A stretch of 64,000 nt of DNA, from positions 6,633,360 to 6,697,359 of the forward strand of contig NC_043019.1 of assembly GCF_006345805.1 (NCBI RefSeq), written 5' to 3'. The stretch's first letter is position 1, and every line of letters begins with the position of its first letter. A model generated the notes under the pieces. That model was not told where the DNA came from and searched no databases. It saw only the letters and a program-made list of their open reading frames with translations. Source of the stretch: Octopus sinensis (taxonomy: Eukaryota). Of this stretch, positions 53,378-64,000 are shown piece after piece. The position numbers and the translations under genes were made by a program.

Positions 53378-53430
53378 ACAAAAATTGTCAATAACCATTA
53401 TAAATTATAATGGTTATTGACAATTTTTGT
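53378..53430. repeat. Perfect palindrome with 26-bp arms and a 1-nt spacer
   Basis: ACAAAAATTGTCAATAACCATTATAA-A-TTATAATGGTTATTGACAATTTTTGT. Confidence 0.95.
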
Positions 53431-55315
53431 GTATATATATATACATATATATATATTATATACCCTCAGCCTACCTACATACCTCACCTCTAAATCCACC
53501 CCAGCCTAACCCACACCCCACCCTTGCTTTCTCCAATCTCACCTCCCCCCTACATCCACACACCAACACATACACGCACGCACATGTCACGGTCACCATC
53601 CCTCTTCCGGAAACACAGGACATACAAACAATAATACATTTTTGTTGATGCTCAAAAAGGAACCTTGAATCTAGGTTTTCGAAACCGGTTCTTTCTTTAT
53701 TGGCAAGAAATCTTCAAATTAAACTGAATAACGACATACACACACATATACATACATACATACATACATACATACATACATACATACATACATACATACG
53801 TATATACGTATATGTAGATTTATTCAATTTTTTTTCGTCCTCTCTCTCTCTCTCTCTCTCTCTCTTCTGTCACAAACAATTTTCCTCAAACGTGCTCAGA
53901 CTTTTGGAACTTCCTTCCTCTCTGAACTTTTCATTAATGTCTTATTGTGCTGTTTTTACATTTTCTTTTCCTCTGATTTAACTTCAAAATTTTGTTTACG
54001 TCAAAGTGCTTTATTATTTAATTTGTCTCCAGACTTTATATTATTTTTTCTCTCTTTTCTCTCCTTCCGCTTGCACTCTTCACTCTTCTTCGCTTCTCTC
54101 GTTCATTATTTTAACTTTTTCCTTCCTTCTCTCTTCCGTTTGTATGATTTTATTCTTGCCTCACAAAGTTTCTTCAGTCGCAGAAAAAAAAATAAGAAAC
54201 ACACTTTTGTACCAATACTCTGCTATAATTATTCTTTCTTCTATTTTCCGATAATTCTTCACTTATTTCTCCCTTTGAAGTCGCACCTTTTCTTTTTTCA
54301 TGAGGTTTTCAAATATTGAAAATAAATAGAGTTGTTTCTTCTCACTTCCGTTAAAAATACTTCTATTCCTACACATACATCTACCATTCCTACACATACA
54401 TCTACCATTTCTACTTTATCACCATACTATGGACATTTCTTCCTCAACACACTTTGCACCAAAAGTGTAAATTACCGGACTTTTCATCAGCGTTTTCTTG
54501 CGATGTTTGTAAATTTTTTTCTATGCGTATTGTATTGCAATAAATTTTTTGCCCAAGTTTTAAATTACTATTCTCTCACTTCACTCGCCAAGCTCACACC
54601 TTGCGTCTCAAACAGTTTTCGATTTTTCCCTTCGCCTCTACACTTTGCACCTTTCTACGCGTTTCAGAATTTTATTATTTTTTCACAGAACAAATTATTC
54701 TTTTACAGAAATCGTGCGTTATAATTATTCTTTCGCCAATTTTTCTGTCATCGTTTGCTGACTTCTCTCCTTTCAGTCGCACACACCCCACAACTTAATT
54801 CTTTCTACGAGTTGTATAATTTCTAAAATAATAAATTGTTTTGTCTTCGTTTTGCCTTCTCCTAAAACGATTCACCTCTAAAACCTCGAATAAATTTACC
54901 GCTGTTACTTGTTCATGGAAATCTCTCCGCTCCGGACTTCGTACCTGTTGTGTAACCTCCACAGGTTTTTCATGAAAGGCATTTTCGTGCTATTTTCAAA
55001 TTTCTCCTCTCGTTGTATTTATATTTGCTGTGAGATATAAGCGATGCATTGTAATGTATTTTTCTTCACTTCTTCTATAATTCCTCGCTTCCCTTCGCTT
55101 TTCCTGTTTATTTCCTCGTTGACTTTTACATGCAAACTCCTCCCACAAATACATACAACTCGATCGCAACCTCCACCTTCATCTAGCCTTCCGTTTTATA
55201 TCAAACTGATGATAGATCCTACCTCCTCACTTCCCACAGTTTCCCTACACACACATACAATATGATTAAACTCATTAGCTACTCAAACATCTGCTAATCC
55301 ACGCCAGTGTGGGAG

Positions 55316-55367
<52 letters not shown>

Positions 55368-55437
55368 TGATAGATAGATAAATAGATGAATGGGTAGATA
55401 GATAGATAGATAGATATATAGATAGATAGATAGACAG

Positions 55438-55482
<45 letters not shown>

Positions 55483-56079
55483 TGTTAAAGGAATGAAGGA
55501 TTTCCTCTAACTTTTTAATATATGTTTATACCATTCTTCATTAGATTTCAGGATACGGATCCATTCCTTCTCTGCAACTGGAAGCAAGCTCATATTTTTA
55601 TTACTATAATTAAATTCGTTCAACATCCGAGCGTGTAGTTTTCATATTAGATTTGCCTCTGCTATCGCAAACATTGGGATATATATTTACACACATACAG
55701 ACATACACTCGCCCTTGTATATGTATATATATATATGCGATAAACACGTAAACACAAGCACATACACTCACTCTCTCTCTCCACACACACACACACACAC
55801 ACATTCTCTCTCTCTCACAATCACACACACATACACACATATATATACACGTACATATTTTCGTTTGCAGAGTGCTTGTTGTGAACAGACACATACACAC
55901 GCACATACATATATATTTATGCACAAACCATATTTTCATATATGTGTATATATATATGTATATACGTATGCATGTATGTATATATCTATATCTATATCTA
56001 TAAATTTATGTATATATACATTTATACACACACACACACACACACACATACACACACACACACATACACACATATATAT

Positions 56080-56290
56080 ATGTGATCTCTTGAGCACCAC
56101 CAGCAAAAATATTTTTTTCCTCTGTCTTCCCTTCTTGGGATCTTTCCTTCTCCTGTTTCCGACGAAGAGCTCCGCTCGAAACGTTAATCCCTCCTTCCCT
56201 TCTTTGCTGAGCATCAAATAATACTTTAATTGTTCCACGTCTTCGCGTTGCCGTGTTTTTTTTCTGTGTTTTCTTGTTTGGATTAACTTT
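56080..56290 (+). mobile_element. PLE pLTR-like fragment, family 1, with hammerhead-like motif 56154-56190 (core CCGACGA)
   Basis: GTTT-CCGACGA-A-GAGC(TCC)GCTC-GAA-ACGT-T-AATC; the downstream part is homologous to 30770-30870. Confidence 0.62.
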
Positions 56291-56345
56291 ATATATATAT
56301 ACATATATATACATATATATACATACATAATATATATATATATAT

Positions 56346-56379
<34 letters not shown>

Positions 56380-56479
56380 ATATGTATGTATGTATCTATG
56401 TATCTATGTATGTATTATTGCATGTATGTATGTCTAGTTATATAGGGATCATTGTGTGTGCGATTTATATTATTTCCTC

Positions 56480-56700
56480 ATTCCTGACATAAAAAGGTAA
56501 AGGGATGGGAAATTGACGATGATAAGGGGCACCTGGAACACCATTAGGGAGCAGCGGCTGAGATGGATGGAAAGGATGATGGGTCGTATAAACTGATTGA
56601 ATATTGAACGTTCGCAGCGGAACCGCAACAGCTCAGGATGGCAAAACATTGGATTGTCTGTGAACATTCATCACCGACTATCCAGGGAGTTGCAACGTAT
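56480..56700 (+). pseudogene. Probable RTE-like LINE 3' coding remnant
   Basis: TIREQRLRWMERMMGR resembles the I...RLRW.GHV.RM motif downstream of RT. Confidence 0.4.
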
Positions 56701-56789
56701 GTAAGCGGAGGCTTATGCAGTTGCTGCTGCTGCTGCTGCTGCTAGCAAGTCTGCTCATGATAATGATGATGATAATAAATAAAAATAGA

Positions 56790-57031
56790 TGATGATGATG
56801 ATGAGGCGGAAGATGAAGGGGAAGAGAGGTAGGATAGTGAGCCAGAGGGGGAGTGCTATGGTAATGTTGTATAAGATGGTTATGATGACAACGACAACAA
56901 ATGGTGATGACGATGATGATGACGATGATGATGATGATGATGATGATGATGACGATGATGATGGTGATGATGGTGATGATGTTGATGATGATGACGACGA
57001 CGACGATGATGATGATGATGTTGATGATGAT

Positions 57032-57066
<35 letters not shown>

Positions 57067-57850
57067 TGATGATGATGATGATGATGTTGATGATGATGAC
57101 GATGATGATGATGTTGATGATGATGACGACGACGACGATGATGATGATGATGTTGATGATGATGACGACGACGATGACGACGACGATGATGATGATGATG
57201 ATGATGTTGATGATGATGACGATGATGATGATGTTGATGATGATGACGACGACGACGATGATGATGATGATGTTGATGATGATGACGACGACGATGACGA
57301 CGACGATGATGATGATGATGATGATGATGTTGATGATGATGACGACGACGACGATGATGATGATGATGTTGATGATGATGACGACGACGATGACGACGAC
57401 GATGATGATGATGATGATGATGTTGATGATGATGACGATGATGATGATGTTGATGATGATGACGACGACGACGATGATGATGATGATGTTGATGATGATG
57501 ACGACGACGATGACGACGACGATGATGATATGATGATGATGATGTTGATGATGATGACGATGATGATGATGTTGATGATGATGACGATGATGATGATGTC
57601 GCCAATACTGCTGTTGCTGTTGATTCTTATTGTGTGGATGAGATATGATGATGTAGGCGTCCCACGACGACGACATCAACGACAACGGCGACGATGACAA
57701 CGACGACGACGACGATGATGATGATGATGATGATGATGATGATAACGATAATTATGATGATGATGATGAAGATGATGATGATGACGATGATTATGATGAT
57801 GATGATGATGATGATGATGATTACGAGAACGACGGCGATGATGATACTGC
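56790..57850 (+). repeat. GAT/GAC/GTT triplet array with 120-bp higher-order periodicity
   Basis: 57061-57180 and 57181-57300 are identical blocks; one frame reads as poly-Asp with periodic Val. Confidence 0.97.
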
Positions 57851-58762
57851 CGCTGGTGATTGCAATAAAAATATAATTTCCAACCCTGAATATGTCGTTA
57901 TTAAGCATAGCATTTGATGTTTCATAAAATGAGCAAAATTTGAATAAGTTGATATGCCGTAGAGGAGAGAAGACAATTTTTCCCGACGCTTTTAAGGCAG
58001 AAACCATGGCTTGCTTCTCCGTCTTTTCAGGAAGATCAAAGGAGAGATTTTTAAGCAAAGACCTTCATGGGAGAGCTGCATATTTGAAAGAATTTATAGC
58101 GGTCTATATCACCACCAATAACACACATATTACAGAAACGACATTCTCATGGGAGAACATTTGAATATCTTTATAGCAGTCAACGTTATCACTCTTACAA
58201 TAAATTAAAGCAAAACCCATTATACGAGAAAGAACATTTGGAAGCATATATGGAATCCGTTATATTTATGCAAGAAGGTATATTAAAACATAAATGAGTG
58301 TTATTTCTTACAGGAAGAATTTCTCTGTAAATATCATAATTCTTTTTTTCCCATGTGTACAGGAATTTCTACCCGAAATTTGCAAATGTTAATAAGTTAT
58401 ATTTTTAACACCAGAAACCAATTGATATTAATTTTCAGGAAAGAAGGCTACGAATTGTTAGAGTTAAAGGTAGAACCAATTCAATTGACATCGGAGAGAT
58501 TCCTTGCATTGATTTATCACTGTCCTCATTGCCGAAAACATGACAATCTTGTAGAGGTCACTTTCATAAATTCATTTTTTTTTTTTTGTCTTCTTGGATA
58601 TTTCTCATGAAGTTTTACGTTAATAGCAAAGCATAATTTACGAGGATTCTCGAATAAATTTAATAAGCTGCACAAAAGATTCCTGAAACAGCAAATCGTA
58701 TGGCCAGCATTATGAGAATGTAGACACACACAGATATACATACACACACACACGCACACACA

Positions 58763-58832
<70 letters not shown>

Positions 58833-58888
58833 ATATGTATATATGTATACATTTATATATATATATATATACAAATATTTATGTACGC

Positions 58889-58927
<39 letters not shown>

Positions 58928-59047
58928 GATATATATATATATATATATACATATATATATAGACGTACATTTATTTATTCATTCATTTATCATTATTAAT
59001 ATTATTATTATTATTATTATTTATTATTATTATTATTATTATTATCA

Positions 59048-59079
<32 letters not shown>

Positions 59080-59114
59080 GTTGTTATTATTATTGTTGTT
59101 ATTATTATTATTAT

Positions 59115-59145
<31 letters not shown>

Positions 59146-59529
59146 TTAGGTATCCGCAAGATTTCTAGCTGTCTTTCAAGCGCTTAGAACATTCCTGATA
59201 AACCTCTGCTCACCCTAAGAGACAAACGTTCCATAGCAGTTCTTTTCAATTTCATTCAACCATTTGTCTCTATCTTGGCTCACTGTTACCAATACATCCA
59301 TTATTATCGGCACGACCTTTACTTTTAGCATGTTCCAAATTATTCTTATATCAAATTTTAAGCGGTTTTAGGTTTGTTTTTTTTTTTGCTTTTTCTCTTT
59401 CTCTAGGATCCTGGAAGCAAACGGGCATGATTAGTAGATAAGTAAGCAGCTTAACTTTTCTTTCTTTATACTCGTCATGCCTGATTTATTTATTTTCAAA
59501 TTTCTTGTCCATTTGAAGAGGAAAGCCCC

Positions 59530-59900
59530 ACAAAATCTTGCATTTCTCGGATACTAGCACTCTTTCGATTCGATGATTGTATCATGAGTTTTCAGCTTTA
59601 AATTTCCATTTCTGGCACAGTTTCCACTGTACAACTTTTCAACCTGGTCTTGCCTCCATTTCTCACATTCTTCCTGTACCAAATTGGGGTCATTTTGTCT
59701 CGTTCCAAATTCCACAGGCTCTACATTTTTCTGACACATTCTCTCCATATATATATATATATATTCAAGCCGTCTTGCTTTCACTTGATCTTGGGCAGCT
59801 ACATTTATGCTCTGTGTTTCATTTTTAATTATTCCTTTCTTAACCAAGCCCAGGATATTGTTCCATATACATCTTCAGTGGCTCTCCAAAATTTGCCATG
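59530..59900 (-). pseudogene. RTE-like LINE 3' coding remnant
   Basis: QDQVKARRLE[(TA)n]MERM...EFGTRQ...KWRQDQV resembles RTE IKARRLRW.GHVERM...G.R..GRP..RW.D.V. Confidence 0.5.
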
Positions 59901-59988
59901 CAGAATTTTCCCTTCGATCTCTCTGACGTGCTCTCTTTGTATTTCATTCTTGTCCTTTTCTCCTATTACGCGCTTTTTCCCCTATCAG

Positions 59989-60118
59989 TTCGACATTGTG
60001 TCTCTTTATTATGTCTGTTCTGCTTTATGTCCGTTCGGCATTGTGTCCGTTCCATTTCATGTCCGTTCGCCTTTATGCCCGTTCGGCTTTATGTCCATTC
60101 AGCATCGTGTTCGTTCGG
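59989..60118. repeat. 16-bp minisatellite (consensus ~TTCGGCTTTATGTCCG), about 8 degenerate units
   Basis: Units TTCTGCTTTATGTCCG, TTCGGCATTGTGTCCG, TTCCATTTCATGTCCG, TTCGCCTTTATGCCCG, TTCGGCTTTATGTCCA, TTCAGCATCGTGTTCG. Confidence 0.9.
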
Positions 60119-60403
60119 GTTCTTGGTCTCGACATCTTGTCCTGTGGCAAAAGTGCATTCCACATCCTGTCTTCGCACGGTTGGTTTGAAGTAGACGTTT
60201 CTTGCACAAGACTGATACGTCATTGTACTGACGCTCGCAAGCATAAAATGCATCGTTGACCATAGGAAAAGCGTCGTTGGACATAGATTACTTTGATGTG
60301 ATATATATTATAATATTTCAGAAACTGATAGAGTTGTAACGAATATCTTTCATTTGACCAGGCAAAAACTTTCTTATTGGCATTGGACGCGATTAGAAAG
60401 ACA

Positions 60404-60624
60404 TACGAGGGTTTGCTGAAAAGTTCCTGGCTTTGGGTGAAAGAAAGTACAAGATGATCAGTTAATTATGATGTTATTCAACATATTCATCTCAAAGATT
60501 CACACACTTATTGCAGTGATCATTCATATTTTTCTGAGCCCTGAAAAGGAACTCGTAAGTTTGGGCCTCCGACCAGGATTTTCGTGACACCATTAAAGTC
60601 AGGACGTTTTCAGCACCCCTCGTA
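60404..60624. mobile_element. Mariner-derived MITE (~220 bp) with TA TSD
   Basis: TA-CGAGGGTTTGCTGAAAAGTTCCTG ... CAGGACGTTTTCAGCACCCCTCG-TA terminal inverted repeats. Confidence 0.9.
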
Positions 60625-61135
60625 ATAAAATATACAATTTCAAACCGCATCAAGAAAGGTGTTGCGTGGTAATCTTGACCTTCCACCTACTTTTGAAAAC
60701 TACAGTACAAAATAATATGGAGCTTTTGTATGCAGAGAAAGACAATTGCGTAGACGGTGTTAAACATGACATAATTTTTATGATAAACACAGCAATTAGC
60801 AACACGGCAAACACTAAATTGATATAATGATATAGAGCGGAAAGTTCAAAGGCTACAAGATTACAAAGGTCTCGCTGGTAATTTAAATATATGACAGCAG
60901 TTATGAGAACTGTAATTGGCATATTTGTAATATGGCATAAGCTCTTGCGTATTCAATGATTATTTATAATTTTATATATAGACAAGAATAAGAAACTGAA
61001 AAACGAGGAACGCTGTTCAAGTTTCATGCAAGTTCAGCTTTCAGTGAATTTCTGTTAAAACTAATATTGACAACTTCTTTTCCTTCGGGTTATTACATTA
61101 TTACATCTGTTTTCTAGCACTGTCTCTCAATCAGC

Positions 61136-61169
<34 letters not shown>

Positions 61170-61183
61170 CTCTATCTATCTAC

Positions 61184-61236
<53 letters not shown>

Positions 61237-61394
61237 TATTTATGTATGCATGTATATATGTCGATATATATATATAATACATACATATATATATATAATT
61301 ATATATACACATACATATATAATGTATATATATATATTATATATATATACACATATATATATATACACATATATATATACACACACACATATAT

Positions 61395-61475
<81 letters not shown>

Positions 61476-61504
61476 TATTATATATATAATACTTTGTGGA
61501 GTAC

Positions 61505-62140
61505 ACATCTTACAAAGAACAGAATGGAATAAGTGGAGCAAGACAACACGCGAAAGGAAAAGTGTCACTGAAGTGGCCACAGATGTGTGACGAACATCTT
61601 AGAAGAACAGACTGCAGTAAGTGGAGGAAGAATACGCACGTAAACGAAAAGGGTCACTGATGAGGTCAAAGATGTGTAAGGAATCAGTTCCTGGCGATGG
61701 ACATAAGTTAAAATAATAAAATTGGAACAGTAATTGAAGAGTGAAGAAAAAAAGATATAGTGTGAATGTTTATTTGGCGAAAAAAAAAAATAATGTCAAT
61801 CACGAAATATAACAATATTTGCTTCAACATACGATTTCACATCAGGAATCTTGCTGGGCTTATTTGAGGATCCATGAGAAACGAACTTCCACAAACGAAC
61901 TATTCTGCCTATATATCTTTACACACCTTTGAATTCTGTGTATGCAAATCTAACAGAGGTCTCAAAAGACATCTTAAGATCCACAAAGATCAGAACTTAA
62001 CTGCAGCTCTTGGTTGTCCAAATCGGATATGCAATCTATGTGGGTGTCTTTTCAATAAATTGTCTGGTTTAAAAAGTCACTCATCAAACGCCATGATGGA
62101 TCTAAGATGTAGGTACAAGAGGAAGTCAGCGAACCGCCAT
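61505..62140 (+). pseudogene. RTE-like LINE C-terminal remnant with two C2H2-like zinc-finger motifs
   Basis: [13 protein letters not shown]-type segment present twice (~88-bp period), then FCVCKSNRGLKRHLKIH and CNLCGCLFNKLSGLKSH, typical of RTE ORF2 C-termini. Confidence 0.55.
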
Positions 62141-64000
62141 GTGCGTGTGTATGTCTCTCTCCCTCTCTCTCTGTCAGTGCGTGTGTGTTTGTGCGCGCAT
62201 GCCTGTGTCCTCCATCACTGATTTACTGCCACTGTTGCAGTTTGTATATCTGCATATTAGCGGTTCGGCTAAACTGGTGCCACAGTTTAATGACCGAAGC
62301 TAGTAAAATTAAAAGAAAGAAACACCAAACATTTTTGAAGAGAATTCCAATACTTAATACGCGTTACTTATTAGTTATCATAATGATTGATTTTTTCCGC
62401 AAGTAAAGTCTAATCGGTCGGGCTATAATCAATAACATGTCATAACGACCATTTTGAAAGTAGAAGATATCAACTATGTTGCAGATAACGATTAACCCCT
62501 ATTAAACACTGATTAAACAGACTTATACTCAAAAGCGCCTCAGCCACGACCATCCGACATGCTAGAGATATCTGGGCTCACAGTATGTAATCAAAAAAAG
62601 AAAAACGACAAAGTTGTGATTTGTGATTTTGAATCTAATTTCTCTGCTATTTCTAGCACGTCCTGCAACCATATTCAGGCTACGTTTCCTGCAATAATTG
62701 ATCTCTCCTTAAGCAAGTTCATTTAATCCCATTTTTTGCAGAATCTTATCCACGAAATAAACCATCATCCACAATTTTCTTTCATTTCGCTTCATTGTAA
62801 TTTTCAAAATTTCATTTTATTTTATTTTTGCCAGAATATTTTTCTTATTTCTTATTTATTTACTGTTATTATTATTTTTTTTTAGGTAATTTTCATTTTC
62901 GTTTTCTCATTATCGATGCGAAGCGATAATATTCCTATTCTTAGTCTGCTAATAACTACTTTATTCTTCCAATGAATACCATTATTGCTTCGAGCTGCAC
63001 ATCATCATCATACCTATTCAGATATTTTTCTTCTATTCTGTACCCTTCACAACCTAACTTTACTTTATTTTTCGCCAGCAATATTAACCCTCCTTTATTT
63101 TTATTTCCTTCAACATCAATCAAGATTCTCTGCCTATCTATCACTCTCTTTCTCCCTCTCGCTTTCTTACTCTCTCTCTCTCTCTCTCTCGCTTCCTCTG
63201 TCTTACTCTATTTTTTTCTATCTGGTCCTTCTCTATCTTTTTTTCTCTCTCATCTAATTCTTTTACAGTATCTTTCACTGCCCCGTATCTCTGTCTCTGC
63301 ATCCGAACCTTTCACTCCCTGCATACACCTCCACACAGAAACAACATTAACTCTCTATGACTCTCTCTCTCTCTCTCTCTCTTTTCTTTCTCTCTCATTC
63401 TCTCTCATTCTCTCCGGGACTCTTTCGCTCATTCTAATTCTGTATTTTAGATTCCACGGCTCTTAGTACGTAATTTACTTACACTAACTGTCTCACTCTG
63501 TGACACTCTTATTATTCTCTTTCTTTCTCTCTTTCCATATCCAAACCCCTCTCTCACTAAAGACCTCCACATTAAGACATTCTTCATTCTGTAATTCTAC
63601 CTAACTCTTCCTCTCAAATTCCTTCTTTTCCTGTATTTAAGCTCTCCTCCATATCTCTGTCTCTCTCTGTAATGAAGTTTCCCTTTCTCATTATCTATTT
63701 CAAACTCTCTTCCCATCTCTATTATATTCAGATAGAATAAAGAGACATCACTCTATCTAAAATCCTCCCTTTCTCTAATACAGGATCTTTCAAAAGTCAG
63801 AATCTATTTTGAGAAATAATTGAAATTATGAAAAACTGGTTTAAATTTGAATAACATATTTAGTCCAAAGTGCATGTTGCAAAGAGTTAGTCCTCAACAT
63901 GGTGACCATTAGTGTTTCTACAAAGCTCAAAGCGATAAATTGCTTCCTGTAACACACTTTGCTGTATTTGGCATTTTACGTTTTGCAGTATATCAGTAAT

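Noticed and set aside
53880-55260. Long C/T-skewed regions with Phe/Leu/Ser-rich ORFs (also 62950-63730)
   Set aside because: Decayed pyrimidine-rich low-complexity sequence with no coding signal.
56678-57700. 340-aa poly-Ile/Val membrane-like ORF and the overlapping poly-His and poly-Met ORFs
   Set aside because: These are alternative frames of the GAT triplet array.
57950-58058. LKNLSFDLPEKTEKQAMVSALKASGK resembling an ABC Walker A region
   Set aside because: Spacing is wrong, there is no GxxGxGKS/T, and no other ABC motifs are present.
59989-60118. CRISPR-like array
   Set aside because: Eukaryotic context, a 16-bp period with no unique spacers, and no cas genes.
2-61590. The many ORFs rich in YI, HT, CV, YLSI, RE or poly-I/V/M/H/S runs
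   Set aside because: They are translations of (TA)n, (CA)n, (TATC)n, (GA)n and triplet microsatellites, which lack stop codons in some frames.
61930-62090. Possible member of the Octopus C2H2 zinc-finger gene expansion
   Set aside because: Only two irregular fingers with no TGEKP linkers; context fits an RTE LINE C-terminus.

Overview
AT-rich eukaryotic, microsatellite-saturated, largely intronic or intergenic DNA with one 100-N assembly gap (43900-43999). The repeat landscape suggests an Octopus (coleoid cephalopod) genome; this is inferred from repeat content, not from a database search. No host protein-coding gene, rRNA, intact tRNA or CRISPR array can be supported, and nearly all supplied ORFs are translations of (TA)n, (CA)n, (TATC)n or (GAT)n tracts. 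The window contains: at least five families of tRNA-derived SINEs that exchange heads, cores and tails (three copies with 14-bp TSDs); decayed Tc1/mariner transposase remnants and MITEs; non-autonomous Helitron-like elements; RTE-like LINE fragments; and three Penelope-like (PLE) GIY-YIG endonuclease remnants. The most notable hidden structure is a set of about seven minimal type I hammerhead-ribozyme-like motifs of PLE type. Two dispersed families repeatedly carry non-canonical cores (CCGAYGA, and CTGCTGA/CTGTAGA) while keeping stems I-III, and long fold-back palindromes lie next to some of them. Also present are a poly-Asp-coding triplet array with a 120-bp higher-order period, a ~0.5-kb tandem duplication that looks like an assembly artefact, and a few weak candidate exons. 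Coordinates were counted by hand; element edges are approximate.
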